Notes: generated by a model not told the origin, from the letters alone. A DNA stretch of 64,000 nucleotides from Chitinophagales bacterium (GCA_046329495.1 JAXLUO010000016.1:21499-85498), one strand, 5' to 3'; shown: positions 49,301 through 57,972, counted from the first letter of the stretch. Made by a program: numbers and translations.

Positions 49301-50849
49301 TGCCCGCTGTTGTCGGAAAATTATTACTCATCGTGCCACCTGCCACGTATAGGGTGCCATTGGGCCCAATATCAAGTGAGTAGCATGCATCATCATTAAA
49401 ACCACCCATATAGGTGCACCATAATAGCTGCGAACAATCGCTGTTCAACTTAAATGCACAACCATCCTGCGCGCCACCCAGTGCAGACTGTAATGCCCCG
49501 GAGGATGCAGGAAAATCAAATGAACTGGTGCAACTGGCTACATAGATATTCTGCTGCGCATCCACATTTACCTCGCCCCTGTTTTGGTCACCATAATTTC
49601 GCTTTAAGTTGCCGGCTGTAAACTCCTGAGGATCGAAGTTGATGCCGTCATTGAGCGACCCACCGATAAAAGTGGAACCCATCATGGCCGTTCCGGTGGC
49701 ATTAAGTTTGGTTACAACAATATCGCCTGCGCCGTTTTGTGTTTTATCGTATGCATTAGCAGTAACCGGATAATCGGCCGAATAACTAACGCCATAGATT
49801 ACCAGATTACCCTGCGGGTCAACCACCAGCGAATGCGGTGTCTCGTTATCAGTGCCACCTATATAGGTTGAGTATATTAATTGAGTTCCATCAGGTGTAA
49901 ATTTGGTAATACCCATATCGCATGCGTAAGCAATACCATTGCCGGTACCACTGTTACCGCCGGTACCCCCACCCCAAACTGTTTGGAAGGCACCTGTTGT
50001 GGTAGGGTAATAATTCCCGTTCGGCGGCGCCTGGTTCACATACCCACCAACATACATATTGCCCAGATTATCGTAGGTGGCAGTATACCCCCAGTTATCG
50101 GCAGTGGCGCCAGTATAGGTGCTAAAAATTACCGTTGGATCAATTACCAACGGCAGGTTTTTATTATACCCGTTCGGGAACGTAAAACTTACCACTGTAC
50201 CATTTAATTGAAACGAACAGGGAACAGTAACTCTGAAGCCATTCACTTCCTGGTAAGCCCATGGTCGCTCTTCTATAATTTCTCCCACAGAGGTTGCAAC
50301 CCGCAACGATCCATTCTGCAAACTTATGGCATCAGCCCCTGCATACTGCATTTTTATTTCAGTGTCATCTGCTCCGGGGTAAACTATCAAATCATATTTC
50401 AGCTGCCCTTCGGGCTTGGCATACAAGTGAAGATCAATGCCCCTATACAATTGCCGGTACTCAACCTTAGCATAGTTTTTAACTCCAGTTGCCCAATGCG
50501 TGGGGTCATTTCCCAAAAAGTAATTGCAATAGTTGCGCTGAAGGGCTGAACCATACACTTCAGTTTGTGCATTAGCGCCAATAAATTCCTCTCGTAAAAC
50601 ATGCCCATGTACCGTTACCGGCTTACCACCGGGATGGTGTATTTGCCCTATATCGTTCTCTGAATAAAGAAAATAGCAAAAGGCATTTTTTTCCAGCATC
50701 AAATTGCCGTTGGGAACCGGCACTTTAAATTTAAATGCCTGGTGCCACTGCCCTTTATTTTCGGTAAACTGTATACCGGCGGGCGAATGGCAGTATACCA
50801 TACCCGTTATAAACAAAAGTCCTAAAACTAAAAGTAGCTGCTTTTTCAC
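46353..50849 (-). CDS. T9SS type-B cargo: SBBP/beta-propeller region, multiple PKD domains, gliding-motility-associated CTD
   Basis: GTG start; FTENKGQW...NYFLGND N-terminal domain, repeated (S/T)Y.GG..D blades, several WxFGDG PKD motifs, C-terminal PNAFSPNGDG.ND...IYNRWG. Confidence 0.9.
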   Translation of the reverse strand: MKKQLLLVLGLLFITGMVYCHSPAGIQFTENKGQWHQAFKFKVPVPNGNLMLEKNAFCYFLYSENDIGQIHHPGGKPVTVHGHVLREEFIGANAQTEVYGSALQRNYCNYFLGNDPTHWATGVKNYAKVEYRQLYRGIDLHLYAKPEGQLKYDLIVYPGADDTEIKMQYAGADAISLQNGSLRVATSVGEIIEERPWAYQEVNGFRVTVPCSFQLNGTVVSFTFPNGYNKNLPLVIDPTVIFSTYTGATADNWGYTATYDNLGNMYVGGYVNQAPPNGNYYPTTTGAFQTVWGGGTGGNSGTGNGIAYACDMGITKFTPDGTQLIYSTYIGGTDNETPHSLVVDPQGNLVIYGVSYSADYPVTANAYDKTQNGAGDIVVTKLNATGTAMMGSTFIGGSLNDGINFDPQEFTAGNLKRNYGDQNRGEVNVDAQQNIYVASCTSSFDFPASSGALQSALGGAQDGCAFKLNSDCSQLLWCTYMGGFNDDACYSLDIGPNGTLYVAGGTMSNNFPTTAGTLHSSYQGGQYDGFVGLINATGTQFLSSSYIGTGGNDQVYFVKLDGAGNVYFIGQTTGTYPVQNAVYANPNSGQFISKVTPNLSSVFYSTVFGNGTGVPNISPTAFLVDTCENVYVAGWGTNSTAFAGFQNNMFNMPLTADAMQTTTDGTDFYFFVLSKNAQNILYGSYFGGNGSIEHVDGGTSRFDKRGVVYEAMCAGCGGNSLTPTTAGVWSPLNGSHNCNELGLKLAFNLSGTSVALQAFPRATGCVPLTVQFQGTINNAQSFQWYFGDGHTSNQQNPQHTYVDTGTYQVMLVGIDSNSCNISDTAYIDVWVRDDSLAANFLPSLNIDCDSNKVFLASQAYATTSYLWNLGDGATAIEDSVTHYYQAPGSYTVRLILTDTTKCNLADTFAQQIFIPAKVKAGFQTTDSIGCAPLLVNFQLALQPGATYNWNFGDGTGSALNSPSHAFAAGNYTVRVVVSDTNSCNKADTAYAHIIAYDSAADASFHFTRIFYGCDSVRVNVWSTYVGEESELWDFGDGSQAGGDSASHVYNTAGTFTITHYLTDVQQVCHPVDTEKIAVSLLPLNVSLTIPDTGGCLPFNATLIGNSNLLTTDFTWFFGDGFSGIGDTVQHTYTGLGSFQVTMVGVDTNACVGGDTAYGQITVIDDFVNAAFQLNILNDCDSNLVVELINQSTNATGYQWYFGDGSGSNQINENHSYHQPATYYITLVATDSTRCHPIDTVVRPVTLLPNLIIDFTAQDVCMGTPVQFFNQSNATAQFTWQFGDNGQSTQYSPLHSYGSSGVYGVKLTMVDSNTCDKTKSIAHDVTVHPQPYAAFSTPADTFMFEKEVPFINQSLFYDQLLWDFGDGETSSDENPYHVYENVNGFTVCLVAYNDVCADTICKNIFIDFRALIGMPNAFSPNGDGINDVVKIEGRGIVELSFRIYNRWGEKVFETTDKNVGWDGIYKGVLQEMDVYTYAVEATLINGQHVPLKGNITLVR

Positions 50850-50970
50850 GCCGGTTCTTACATCATTAAAGATAGCTAAAAATACAAGGTGGTTACCAGA
50901 TTACCGAAGTACTCCGTTCACCATCTACCGGCAAAAACGTTAAAATTTAGCCTACCGTTGCCAGGTTGGT

Positions 50971-51297
50971 TTATCTACCTTTTGAGCGCAACAGCAATTC
51001 CTCGTAAGCCTCCATTTTGGTCTTCATTTTATTGAAGTCTTCAATTACCTGCGAGTAGGTAATATTGGCAAACTGCTGCATGGTCTCATCATTGATGGGT
51101 ATGTCATAAGCAAGAAGGAAGGAAAGGTCAACCTTCATAACCCGGCAAAACCGCCGTAAAGTACCAATCCTTGCGTTTGAACTCCGGCTTTCAAGCGAGC
51201 TATAAGCCTGCTGGCTTATTTTCATTTCTTCAGCAATTGCACTTTGTTTAAATCCGCGGTACTCCCTGATTTTCTTGATTCGTTTTGCTAATAACAT
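50971..51297 (-). CDS. XRE-family HTH transcriptional regulator (paralog A)
   Basis: RIKKIREYRGFKQ..IAEEMKISQQAYSSLE. Confidence 0.9.
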   Translation of the reverse strand: MLLAKRIKKIREYRGFKQSAIAEEMKISQQAYSSLESRSSNARIGTLRRFCRVMKVDLSFLLAYDIPINDETMQQFANITYSQVIEDFNKMKTKMEAYEELLLRSKGR

Positions 51298-51428
51298 ACT
51301 TGTACATTTAATAGCGCAACGGCCGAGGGGGTAGCAACGGTGTTACACCCGGCTAAAATAACCAGTCTCTGCTCTTGTTTACCATCATCATCCACACACT
51401 AAATGTGAAGTGTAGTGCTTAAAAACGG

Positions 51429-51462
51429 AAAAAGCCGGTGGCAACGATTTGCCCCGGCCTTT
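51429..51462 (-). terminator. Intrinsic terminator after the second PorP/SprF gene
   Basis: Minus strand GCCGGGGCAA...TTGCCACCGGC followed by TTTTT. Confidence 0.65.
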
Positions 51463-51484
51463 AAACTCAAACCCAATGAGTATT

Positions 51485-52540
51485 TTAGAACATAGCAGGG
51501 CAATGGCCCGGATGTGGTTTTTTACGGAAACTACCCTGATACAGAATTGCTACCTCAGGAGCCCCCACGGTTTTTGAAGCCGGCATCAATTTCGAAATGT
51601 TCATATCATAAGCTAAACCTACGCTCAAGCCCTTATAATCTATACGCGTATTGAAGATAACTGCATCAAACAAACCCCGGTACTGCATTCCAAAGTGAAC
51701 TGCTGTTTTGCTTAAGGTTGGATTGCCTACAATTGTTTTAAAATTGCAGCCTACATTAAATTCATAGGCCGGGCCCTGTACCAACACTAAAAAATTGGGC
51801 ATAATAGACAGGCGTTTGCCAACTGGAATTGCAGCACCGCCATGCATGCTTATTTTCATATACATCCGCTCGCGGCCGGCTACATTGCCTTCAAGGCCAT
51901 TCGGATAAAAAGAGACTTTGGGCTGATTAACATGGTTTAAAGCAACACCGAAATACAGATTGGTTTCTTTTTTGGTTATGCCACTAATCAAAATACCGGC
52001 ACCTGCATCGCCATACACAACCTTGTTGCGGCCAAAATATTCCCCATTACGAGTTAAATCAGCCTGCCCGGTATTAAAATCATACTGCTCATCAAAGGTG
52101 GCACGCGAAGGATCAAAGCTCTTATAATTAAACGAACCTTGCAGACCGGCTGATAACTGCAGGGTTCCTTTTCGATTCAACATAAAATGATAGGCAAATG
52201 AAAGATCTACATGGTTAGTGTTCAAACGGACAGCACCGGCTTGATCGGCAAAAAATGAGATACCGAAACCCGCAAAACTATTATGCTTGGTAATTTTGCC
52301 AACAGCCATATCAGCTCCACCCGCAAAGGTACGATAGGTATTCCCTTGCGAAACCGTCATCCACTGCGTACGGAAATTGGCATAAACGCGGTAATCGCCT
52401 GCATTCATACCAGCCAGCGCCGGAGACAATAATAGCGGAGACGAATTGTACTGCGAGAAGTGAATGTCCTGCGCAGTTAAGTTATTCTTAGCAACAGACA
52501 TTATCAGCAACATCAACAAAAGGCGTAAAAACTTTTTCAT
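51485..52540 (-). CDS. PorP/SprF family T9SS outer-membrane protein (second paralog)
   Basis: QDIHFSQY..SPLLLSPALAG, FRTQW, AYD.N.SKL, G.PEVAI. Confidence 0.9.
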   Translation of the reverse strand: MKKFLRLLLMLLIMSVAKNNLTAQDIHFSQYNSSPLLLSPALAGMNAGDYRVYANFRTQWMTVSQGNTYRTFAGGADMAVGKITKHNSFAGFGISFFADQAGAVRLNTNHVDLSFAYHFMLNRKGTLQLSAGLQGSFNYKSFDPSRATFDEQYDFNTGQADLTRNGEYFGRNKVVYGDAGAGILISGITKKETNLYFGVALNHVNQPKVSFYPNGLEGNVAGRERMYMKISMHGGAAIPVGKRLSIMPNFLVLVQGPAYEFNVGCNFKTIVGNPTLSKTAVHFGMQYRGLFDAVIFNTRIDYKGLSVGLAYDMNISKLMPASKTVGAPEVAILYQGSFRKKPHPGHCPAMF

Positions 52541-52680
52541 GGCATAAATTATATGCTTGTTGAAACGGGCTATGCCATCCCTGAGATGCCATTTTAACTA
52601 AGTGAAAAACAACATTTAGCTTGTGAGTTACGCTATAACCTTATTGCCTTAAAAGACGTAGTTAAACCTGCACCAACCGC

Positions 52681-52723
52681 AAAAGCAAAAACCCGGCTAA
52701 TTACTTAGCCGGGTCTTGCTTTT
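52681..52723. terminator. Intrinsic terminator hairpin
   Basis: AAAAGCAA-AA-ACCCGGCTAA-TTAC-TTAGCCGGGT-C-TTGCTTTT. Confidence 0.75.
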
Positions 52724-52969
52724 AAATCCCTATAAAAATTTTTAAGCGGTATAGTAACGCTGTAAAATGCTTAATTTAGTATCATATGGTACCAAATCAT
52801 CTATTTTAGTCAATTGTCTATCAATGTTACTTTGTTAAAAAACCAACATATACGGACGTCAAAAACAATTGATTGGTAATGCTGCTCAGCATTACTTCTA
52901 ATTTTGCGCAACTAATGGCCTTAGTTTCTGCCGCAAAACTCTATCGCTTTATAGCTAACTAACCGGTTA

Positions 52970-53188
52970 TTAATTGCTCATTAAGTCGTCCTTATCAATA
53001 ATAATTATAGCTCCCTTGTCAGTAATGGTTCCGTAGGTAGAAAGCTGCTTTAATTGGTCATCGCTCAGAGTGCGAAGTTGATCGTTGCTTATTGTTATCT
53101 CGCTACCGGCATACTTCTTAAGATCAATCGTGTTTTCGCGCGAAGAGAAAAAGCCTAAAGTGATTAGTAATGAAATTAATAGTTCCAT
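52970..53188 (-). CDS. Small putatively exported peptide (72 aa)
   Basis: ATG preceded by an A-rich Bacteroidota-type leader (CACAAAAAATTAAAAAC); hydrophobic N-terminus; C-terminus GAIIIIDKDDLMSN. Confidence 0.7.
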   Translation of the reverse strand: MELLISLLITLGFFSSRENTIDLKKYAGSEITISNDQLRTLSDDQLKQLSTYGTITDKGAIIIIDKDDLMSN

Positions 53189-53438
53189 GTTTTTAATTTT
53201 TTGTGGGTTTACGAATAGTGCAAACGTCCTGTTATATTTTCAAGGTTTGTTTATAACAAAGCACAACTTGGTAACGACAAAAAACCACATTATCGCATGG
53301 CAATCAATAAGTTAGAGCCCGACGCATGCAGATCTATTTTAGATTTTGCAATATTAGTAACGGGCACTTTTTACTGAAATCGAAAGGGTTATACTTTTAG
53401 CAAAATAGTATATTCGCAGTGTACAATTACCGGGTAAC

Positions 53439-54953
53439 ATGTTTGAACTTCGAGAAATTGCCAAATTAGTAACACAACACCGTCGAAAATTTAGAGGCAG
53501 CCTCCAACAGAAACAACAGGAACGTTCAAACGAACACATGTTGCGCATGTTCAGAGGGCTGGTAAAAGATGAATTCAGTACGGACGAACAGGCAGCGAAA
53601 ACCCTCTATGGTATAGATAAGCCCGACAAGCGATTCAGAATGTTAAAGGGTCGGCTCATTCGGCGGATGATGGATGATCTCTATTTCTTCGATCAAAGCC
53701 AACGGAACTTATCGCCTTACCTGAAAGCAAACTTTCGATGTGCTAAAAACTTTTTTGGTGCCCGGATATTGCTCTTGTATGGCGCCCGTACTGCTGCAAC
53801 TAAGATGTTTAAAACCGTAGCAGCCGATGCTGAAAAGTTTCGATTATATGACATGGTGATGCTTAGCTGCCTGCACTTACGCTCCAACTATAGCTTTGCT
53901 TCCGACCCGCTGCGGTTTAACTACTACAACAAAAAATTTCATGAAGCTCTGAAAGAATTCAGCGCAGAAAGTTATTCTCACGAGTGCGTTGAAACCATAT
54001 ATGCTGCTATGGGAAAAACTTCGGCCCGGAAAACCGACATTGCCGAAAGGTCGGAAAAATACATAGCCGAACTGGAGAAGATGGCTGAACGGCTCCACTC
54101 TTATCACTTACATTTCAATCTATTCAGGTTAAAAATTATCGCGCAGCAACAACGGGGCCGTTATATGAAGGCCATGAATGAATGCGACCTTGCTATGGCC
54201 TATTTGTATAGCAATCGCCCGTTTATGCAGCGCGTACGGTTAGCGGAATTAGCCCTCATTAAAATGGAATGCTGCTTGCTGCTGCGTAACCACGAATTGG
54301 CTGAAGAAAATGAAGTTATTTGCCAAAAATATTTTCCCGCCGGACACTTTAACTGGATGATTTTTCAGGAAATATACCTGTTAACCTGTTTGCACACGGC
54401 CCACTATGAGAAGGCTTACGCTATTTACCAGGCAGTTACTGCCCAACCCAACTTTTCAAAATTAGGAGAGGCTCGGGTGGAAAAATGGAAAATATTTCAT
54501 GCTTACATGCATATCCTGAAAAACAGCGGGCATTTACAGGGTATGAAAAGCGAAGACCGATTCAATCTACCCAGATTTATGAATGAGTTACCCATTTTTT
54601 CGCGCGATAAATTAGGACTCAACCTAAGCATTCTAATCGTCCAATTTAGCTACTTACTACAAAAGGGAGATTTTGAGAAAGTAGCTGAAAAGATGGAAAT
54701 GTTACAATCCTACAGAAGCCGGTATTTGGCTAAAAATAAGGTGCATTTCAGAAGCAATATCTTCCTTAAGATGCTGTTCTTTTATGCCAAATACTACAAC
54801 GACCGTAAAAAGCTAATCTGGCGAACGGATAAATTGCGTCAGGAACTCAAGTTGCACCGCGAATCAGCCTATCTAACTATCGAAACTCACGAAGTTATAC
54901 CCTACGAGGTGCTCTGGGACCTGCTTACTAAACCCTCCAAACAACCCAAATAA
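53439..54953 (+). CDS. Uncharacterised 504-aa alpha-helical protein (putative HTH + TPR-like regulator)
   Basis: Basic N-terminal ~85 aa (TDEQAAKTLYG...RFRMLKGRL) followed by helical repeats; no signal peptide or TM helix; TATATTCG promoter box at 53409-53416. Function is inference. Confidence 0.8.
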   Translation: MFELREIAKLVTQHRRKFRGSLQQKQQERSNEHMLRMFRGLVKDEFSTDEQAAKTLYGIDKPDKRFRMLKGRLIRRMMDDLYFFDQSQRNLSPYLKANFRCAKNFFGARILLLYGARTAATKMFKTVAADAEKFRLYDMVMLSCLHLRSNYSFASDPLRFNYYNKKFHEALKEFSAESYSHECVETIYAAMGKTSARKTDIAERSEKYIAELEKMAERLHSYHLHFNLFRLKIIAQQQRGRYMKAMNECDLAMAYLYSNRPFMQRVRLAELALIKMECCLLLRNHELAEENEVICQKYFPAGHFNWMIFQEIYLLTCLHTAHYEKAYAIYQAVTAQPNFSKLGEARVEKWKIFHAYMHILKNSGHLQGMKSEDRFNLPRFMNELPIFSRDKLGLNLSILIVQFSYLLQKGDFEKVAEKMEMLQSYRSRYLAKNKVHFRSNIFLKMLFFYAKYYNDRKKLIWRTDKLRQELKLHRESAYLTIETHEVIPYEVLWDLLTKPSKQPK

Positions 54954-55107
54954 ACAATCGGCTTAAGTTAACATGTTCTCTTTTTTGATTTTTAACCGCA
55001 ACAAAAATGAACTATAAACTTGATTTTTAAATATTTACAGATTGAAAATTATTTAATAAATGGACTACTTCACCGTTACCCAAATACCCCGATAAACTAT
55101 TTTTTGG

Positions 55108-55437
55108 GTGCTACAACCTGTAATCTTGATTAGTATTTTAATTAAGAGAGTACAACGTAGCATGATGCTTTTGTATGAGACCCTGATAGGTATGGAAGAT
55201 GAAATTGAGAAGGCACCCGAAGCAAACAATCAGGGTAACTTAACCTCGTCGTTTAACGATGCAACCGGTAATTCGGTTTCAAAAAATTTCGCATTCCACC
55301 ATATGTGGCAAAAAGTGTTTAATAAGCTTTCTGTATTCAGCGATAACGAATATCTCAACAATAACAAAACCAATCGTTTTCTTAAAAATGAAATAAAAAT
55401 TAATCCTAATTGGCCTTTGCGCGATGGGGATTTATAG
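55108..55437 (+). CDS. Possible small hypothetical protein
   Basis: 109-aa open frame in AT-rich intergenic DNA; start uncertain (55162 or 55192); no motif recognised. Confidence 0.25.
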   Translation: MLQPVILISILIKRVQRSMMLLYETLIGMEDEIEKAPEANNQGNLTSSFNDATGNSVSKNFAFHHMWQKVFNKLSVFSDNEYLNNNKTNRFLKNEIKINPNWPLRDGDL

Positions 55438-55439
55438 GG

Positions 55440-55634
55440 ACACTGCATTTATGCGCCATAGCAGCTGGGTAGAGCTGGCTATGGCGCTGATGCGGTAATC
55501 CGCCCTTTATATTCAAACGGTAGTATCCCAAGCCCGTCTTAAAGTTCCTCGAGTGCTACCGCTTTCTGTAGATTGAAGTAATTGTTCTCATTCGGGGCTG
55601 AAGGCTAAAGAAGGCGTAAAAATTTCGTGACGGT
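55440..55634 (-). ncRNA. 6S RNA-like (ssrS-like) non-coding RNA
   Basis: Minus strand: CAGCCCCG closing stem, unpaired bubble, GCGGUAG..CUCGAG-GAACUUUAAGAC-..CUUGGG..CUACCGU hairpin, UUGAAUAUAAAGGGCG. Resembles the 6S CCCCUGAG / CGAGAAGCCUUAAAAC / UUGAACCAAGGG motifs. TAGCTTTG promoter box at 55647-55640. Confidence 0.6.
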
Positions 55635-55665
55635 TACAACAAAGCTATTTATGAATTTATTTTCC

Positions 55666-55673
55666 TAAATTTG
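55666..55673 (+). promoter_or_regulatory. -7 promoter box for the two-component cluster
   Basis: TAAATTTG about 100 nt upstream of the first kinase, back-to-back with the 6S-like promoter. Confidence 0.5.
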
Positions 55674-55772
55674 AAGGTGACGGCAGGGCAACCTGACGTA
55701 ACTACGCAGGCATTAACCCACTATTACTTCCCCTTTAATAGCAAATGCTGGCAGTAGCAGTACTTTCCTAAC

Positions 55773-57524
55773 ATGGCGATTAAACATTTTAACACTATGC
55801 GGAACAGCACTTTTAATTCTATCATCATAGTCGGGGGATTGCTAACGCTAATTACTGCTTCCGGTTCAACACTTTATTACCACTATGCTTTGCTGCCCGA
55901 AAGCAGTAAAACTACACCAGCAATAACGCTCCTCGCTGTATTGCTGGGGCTTACATTTACCCTATTTATAGCATTCATAATCTATCACACCAAAGCGCTG
56001 GCTACTTCTTTGGCAAATGAACGCCACCAACGGTATATCCTCAATTCAATCATTGATAATGCCTCTGCAGGTATTTATGTAAAAAACACTGCTGGCAAGT
56101 ATATATTGGTTAATAAGCAGATTGCGGACAACCTTGGCTTAAGCCAGGAATCAATGATGGGTAAAACTTTATTTGATGTGGTACCTATTAACAACGCAAC
56201 AAGAATACAGCTTCATGATGAAGAAATACTAAGGACAGGTACAACGCTGCAAACTGAAGAACACCTTACCATTCATAACCAGTCGCGAACCTTCATTTCA
56301 ACCAAGTTTCCTGTCAAAGATCAATTAGGCAATATAATAGGAGTAGGAGGTATTGATACAGACATCACCGCTCGCAAAGAAGATGAGCAAAAACTGGAGG
56401 AAGCTTTTAACCGCATAAACGACCTTTACAATAATGCCCCCTGTGGTTATTATTCGCTAAATGCCGAAGGAACGTTTATCGAAATTAACGATACGCTTTT
56501 GCATTGGATTGGCTTCTCCCGAAGTCAGTTAGTGGGCAAAAAAAGTTTTATAGACTTTTTAACGGCAGAAAGTAAAAAATTGTTTCTCGAAAACTTTTCG
56601 GCCTTCCTCTCAACTCCGGGAATAATACGTCAGGAATATGAAATGCTGCGAGCAGATGGCTCAGTACTTTGGGTTGAAGTTTCTTCAACAGCAGAATGTG
56701 ATAACCATGGACGGTTTATGTATAGCCGTTCCAACCTGCACGATATTACGGCTTACAAAAAAGCAGAAAAACAAATCCAACAACTTAATAAGCAACTTAC
56801 TTTAAAAATACAATCATTGGAGGAAACCAATAACGAGCTTACAACGTTCACGCACTCGGTTTCACACGATTTACGTGCCCCGCTGCGCGCTATTCATAGT
56901 TTTATAAGCTTAATCGATCAGGAATATAAAGCAGAACTAACTGGCGAATGTCTCACCATGTTTTTAAACGTTCAAAAAAATGCAGATCGCATGTCGAACC
57001 TTATTGACGATCTGCTGGCTTATTCCCGTGTTGGTCGGTCAGGAATAAAACCTGCTGAAATGGATATGGGTGACCATGCGCGGGTAATTATGAATGAATT
57101 ATTAACTACCGGCGTTAAAAACAATATCATCTTCGAGTGTCATAGCACCGGAAAAATAATTTGCGATAAAACTCTAATGCGCCAGGTATTGGTCAATCTG
57201 CTTTCCAACGCTGTTAAGTACAGTTCGCGCAATCCCAGTCCCAAAATAATTTTTGGCAAAAAGGAAACGGATGGTCAGGTTATTTTTTTCGTAAAAGATA
57301 ATGGGGCAGGGTTTGATATGCGCTATGCGGGTAAATTATTCCAAATGTTCCAAAGATTGCACACCTCCCGCGAATTCGATGGTACAGGGGTGGGTCTGGC
57401 AATTGTACAGCGCATAGTTCAAAAACACGGAGGCAAGGTGTGGGCCGAAGGGAAAGTGGATGATGGTGCTACGTTTTATTTTTCTCTACCAGCAAAAACA
57501 GAGGAGCAACATGAACTCAATTGA
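55773..57524 (+). CDS. Membrane-anchored PAS-PAS histidine kinase
   Basis: Two N-terminal TM helices, two PAS/PAC domains, SHDLRAPLR, NLLSNAVKY, DNGAGF, GTGVGL. Alternative start at 55797. Confidence 0.92.
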   Translation: MAIKHFNTMRNSTFNSIIIVGGLLTLITASGSTLYYHYALLPESSKTTPAITLLAVLLGLTFTLFIAFIIYHTKALATSLANERHQRYILNSIIDNASAGIYVKNTAGKYILVNKQIADNLGLSQESMMGKTLFDVVPINNATRIQLHDEEILRTGTTLQTEEHLTIHNQSRTFISTKFPVKDQLGNIIGVGGIDTDITARKEDEQKLEEAFNRINDLYNNAPCGYYSLNAEGTFIEINDTLLHWIGFSRSQLVGKKSFIDFLTAESKKLFLENFSAFLSTPGIIRQEYEMLRADGSVLWVEVSSTAECDNHGRFMYSRSNLHDITAYKKAEKQIQQLNKQLTLKIQSLEETNNELTTFTHSVSHDLRAPLRAIHSFISLIDQEYKAELTGECLTMFLNVQKNADRMSNLIDDLLAYSRVGRSGIKPAEMDMGDHARVIMNELLTTGVKNNIIFECHSTGKIICDKTLMRQVLVNLLSNAVKYSSRNPSPKIIFGKKETDGQVIFFVKDNGAGFDMRYAGKLFQMFQRLHTSREFDGTGVGLAIVQRIVQKHGGKVWAEGKVDDGATFYFSLPAKTEEQHELN

Positions 57525-57933
57525 GGTTTTATTGATTGAAGATAATATTTACGATGCCGAACTGGCTATACGTGAACTGCGCAAGAACAATTTAGCTAAC
57601 GAAATTGTACATATTGAAGATGGTGGCGAAGCCAGGGACTATATTTTCTGCAAGGGCAAATATGAGAACCGTAAAGGCGAAAATCCCAGGCTAATCCTGC
57701 TCGATTTAAACCTGCCTAAAGTAAGTGGCATCGAGTTGTTACGTGAAATTAAAGAAAACCCAGCTACCCGGCATATTCCGGTTATAGTAATGGCTGCTTC
57801 TCGATTGGATCCTGACATAGACACCTGCTATAAACTTGGTGCAAACAGTTATGTTCCAAAACCGGTGGATTTAGAGAACTTTGTAAAATCGGTTTCGCAG
57901 GTAGGCATCTACTGGTTATTGGTAAACAAATAG
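57511..57933 (+). CDS. Single-domain response regulator (Rcp1-like)
   Basis: Start moved to MNSIEVLLIED; LLDLNLPK, GANSY..KP; overlaps the kinase stop. Confidence 0.92.
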   Translation: MNSIEVLLIEDNIYDAELAIRELRKNNLANEIVHIEDGGEARDYIFCKGKYENRKGENPRLILLDLNLPKVSGIELLREIKENPATRHIPVIVMAASRLDPDIDTCYKLGANSYVPKPVDLENFVKSVSQVGIYWLLVNK

Positions 57934-57972
57934 GCGCATCCTTTTAATTTGATTCGAAAATCGCGTAGTGTA

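Noticed and set aside
55676-55720. c-di-GMP or other riboswitch ahead of the kinase cluster (GGCAGGGCAACCTGAC)
   Set aside because: Only a short hairpin; the GGCAAA/GNRA-receptor architecture could not be completed.
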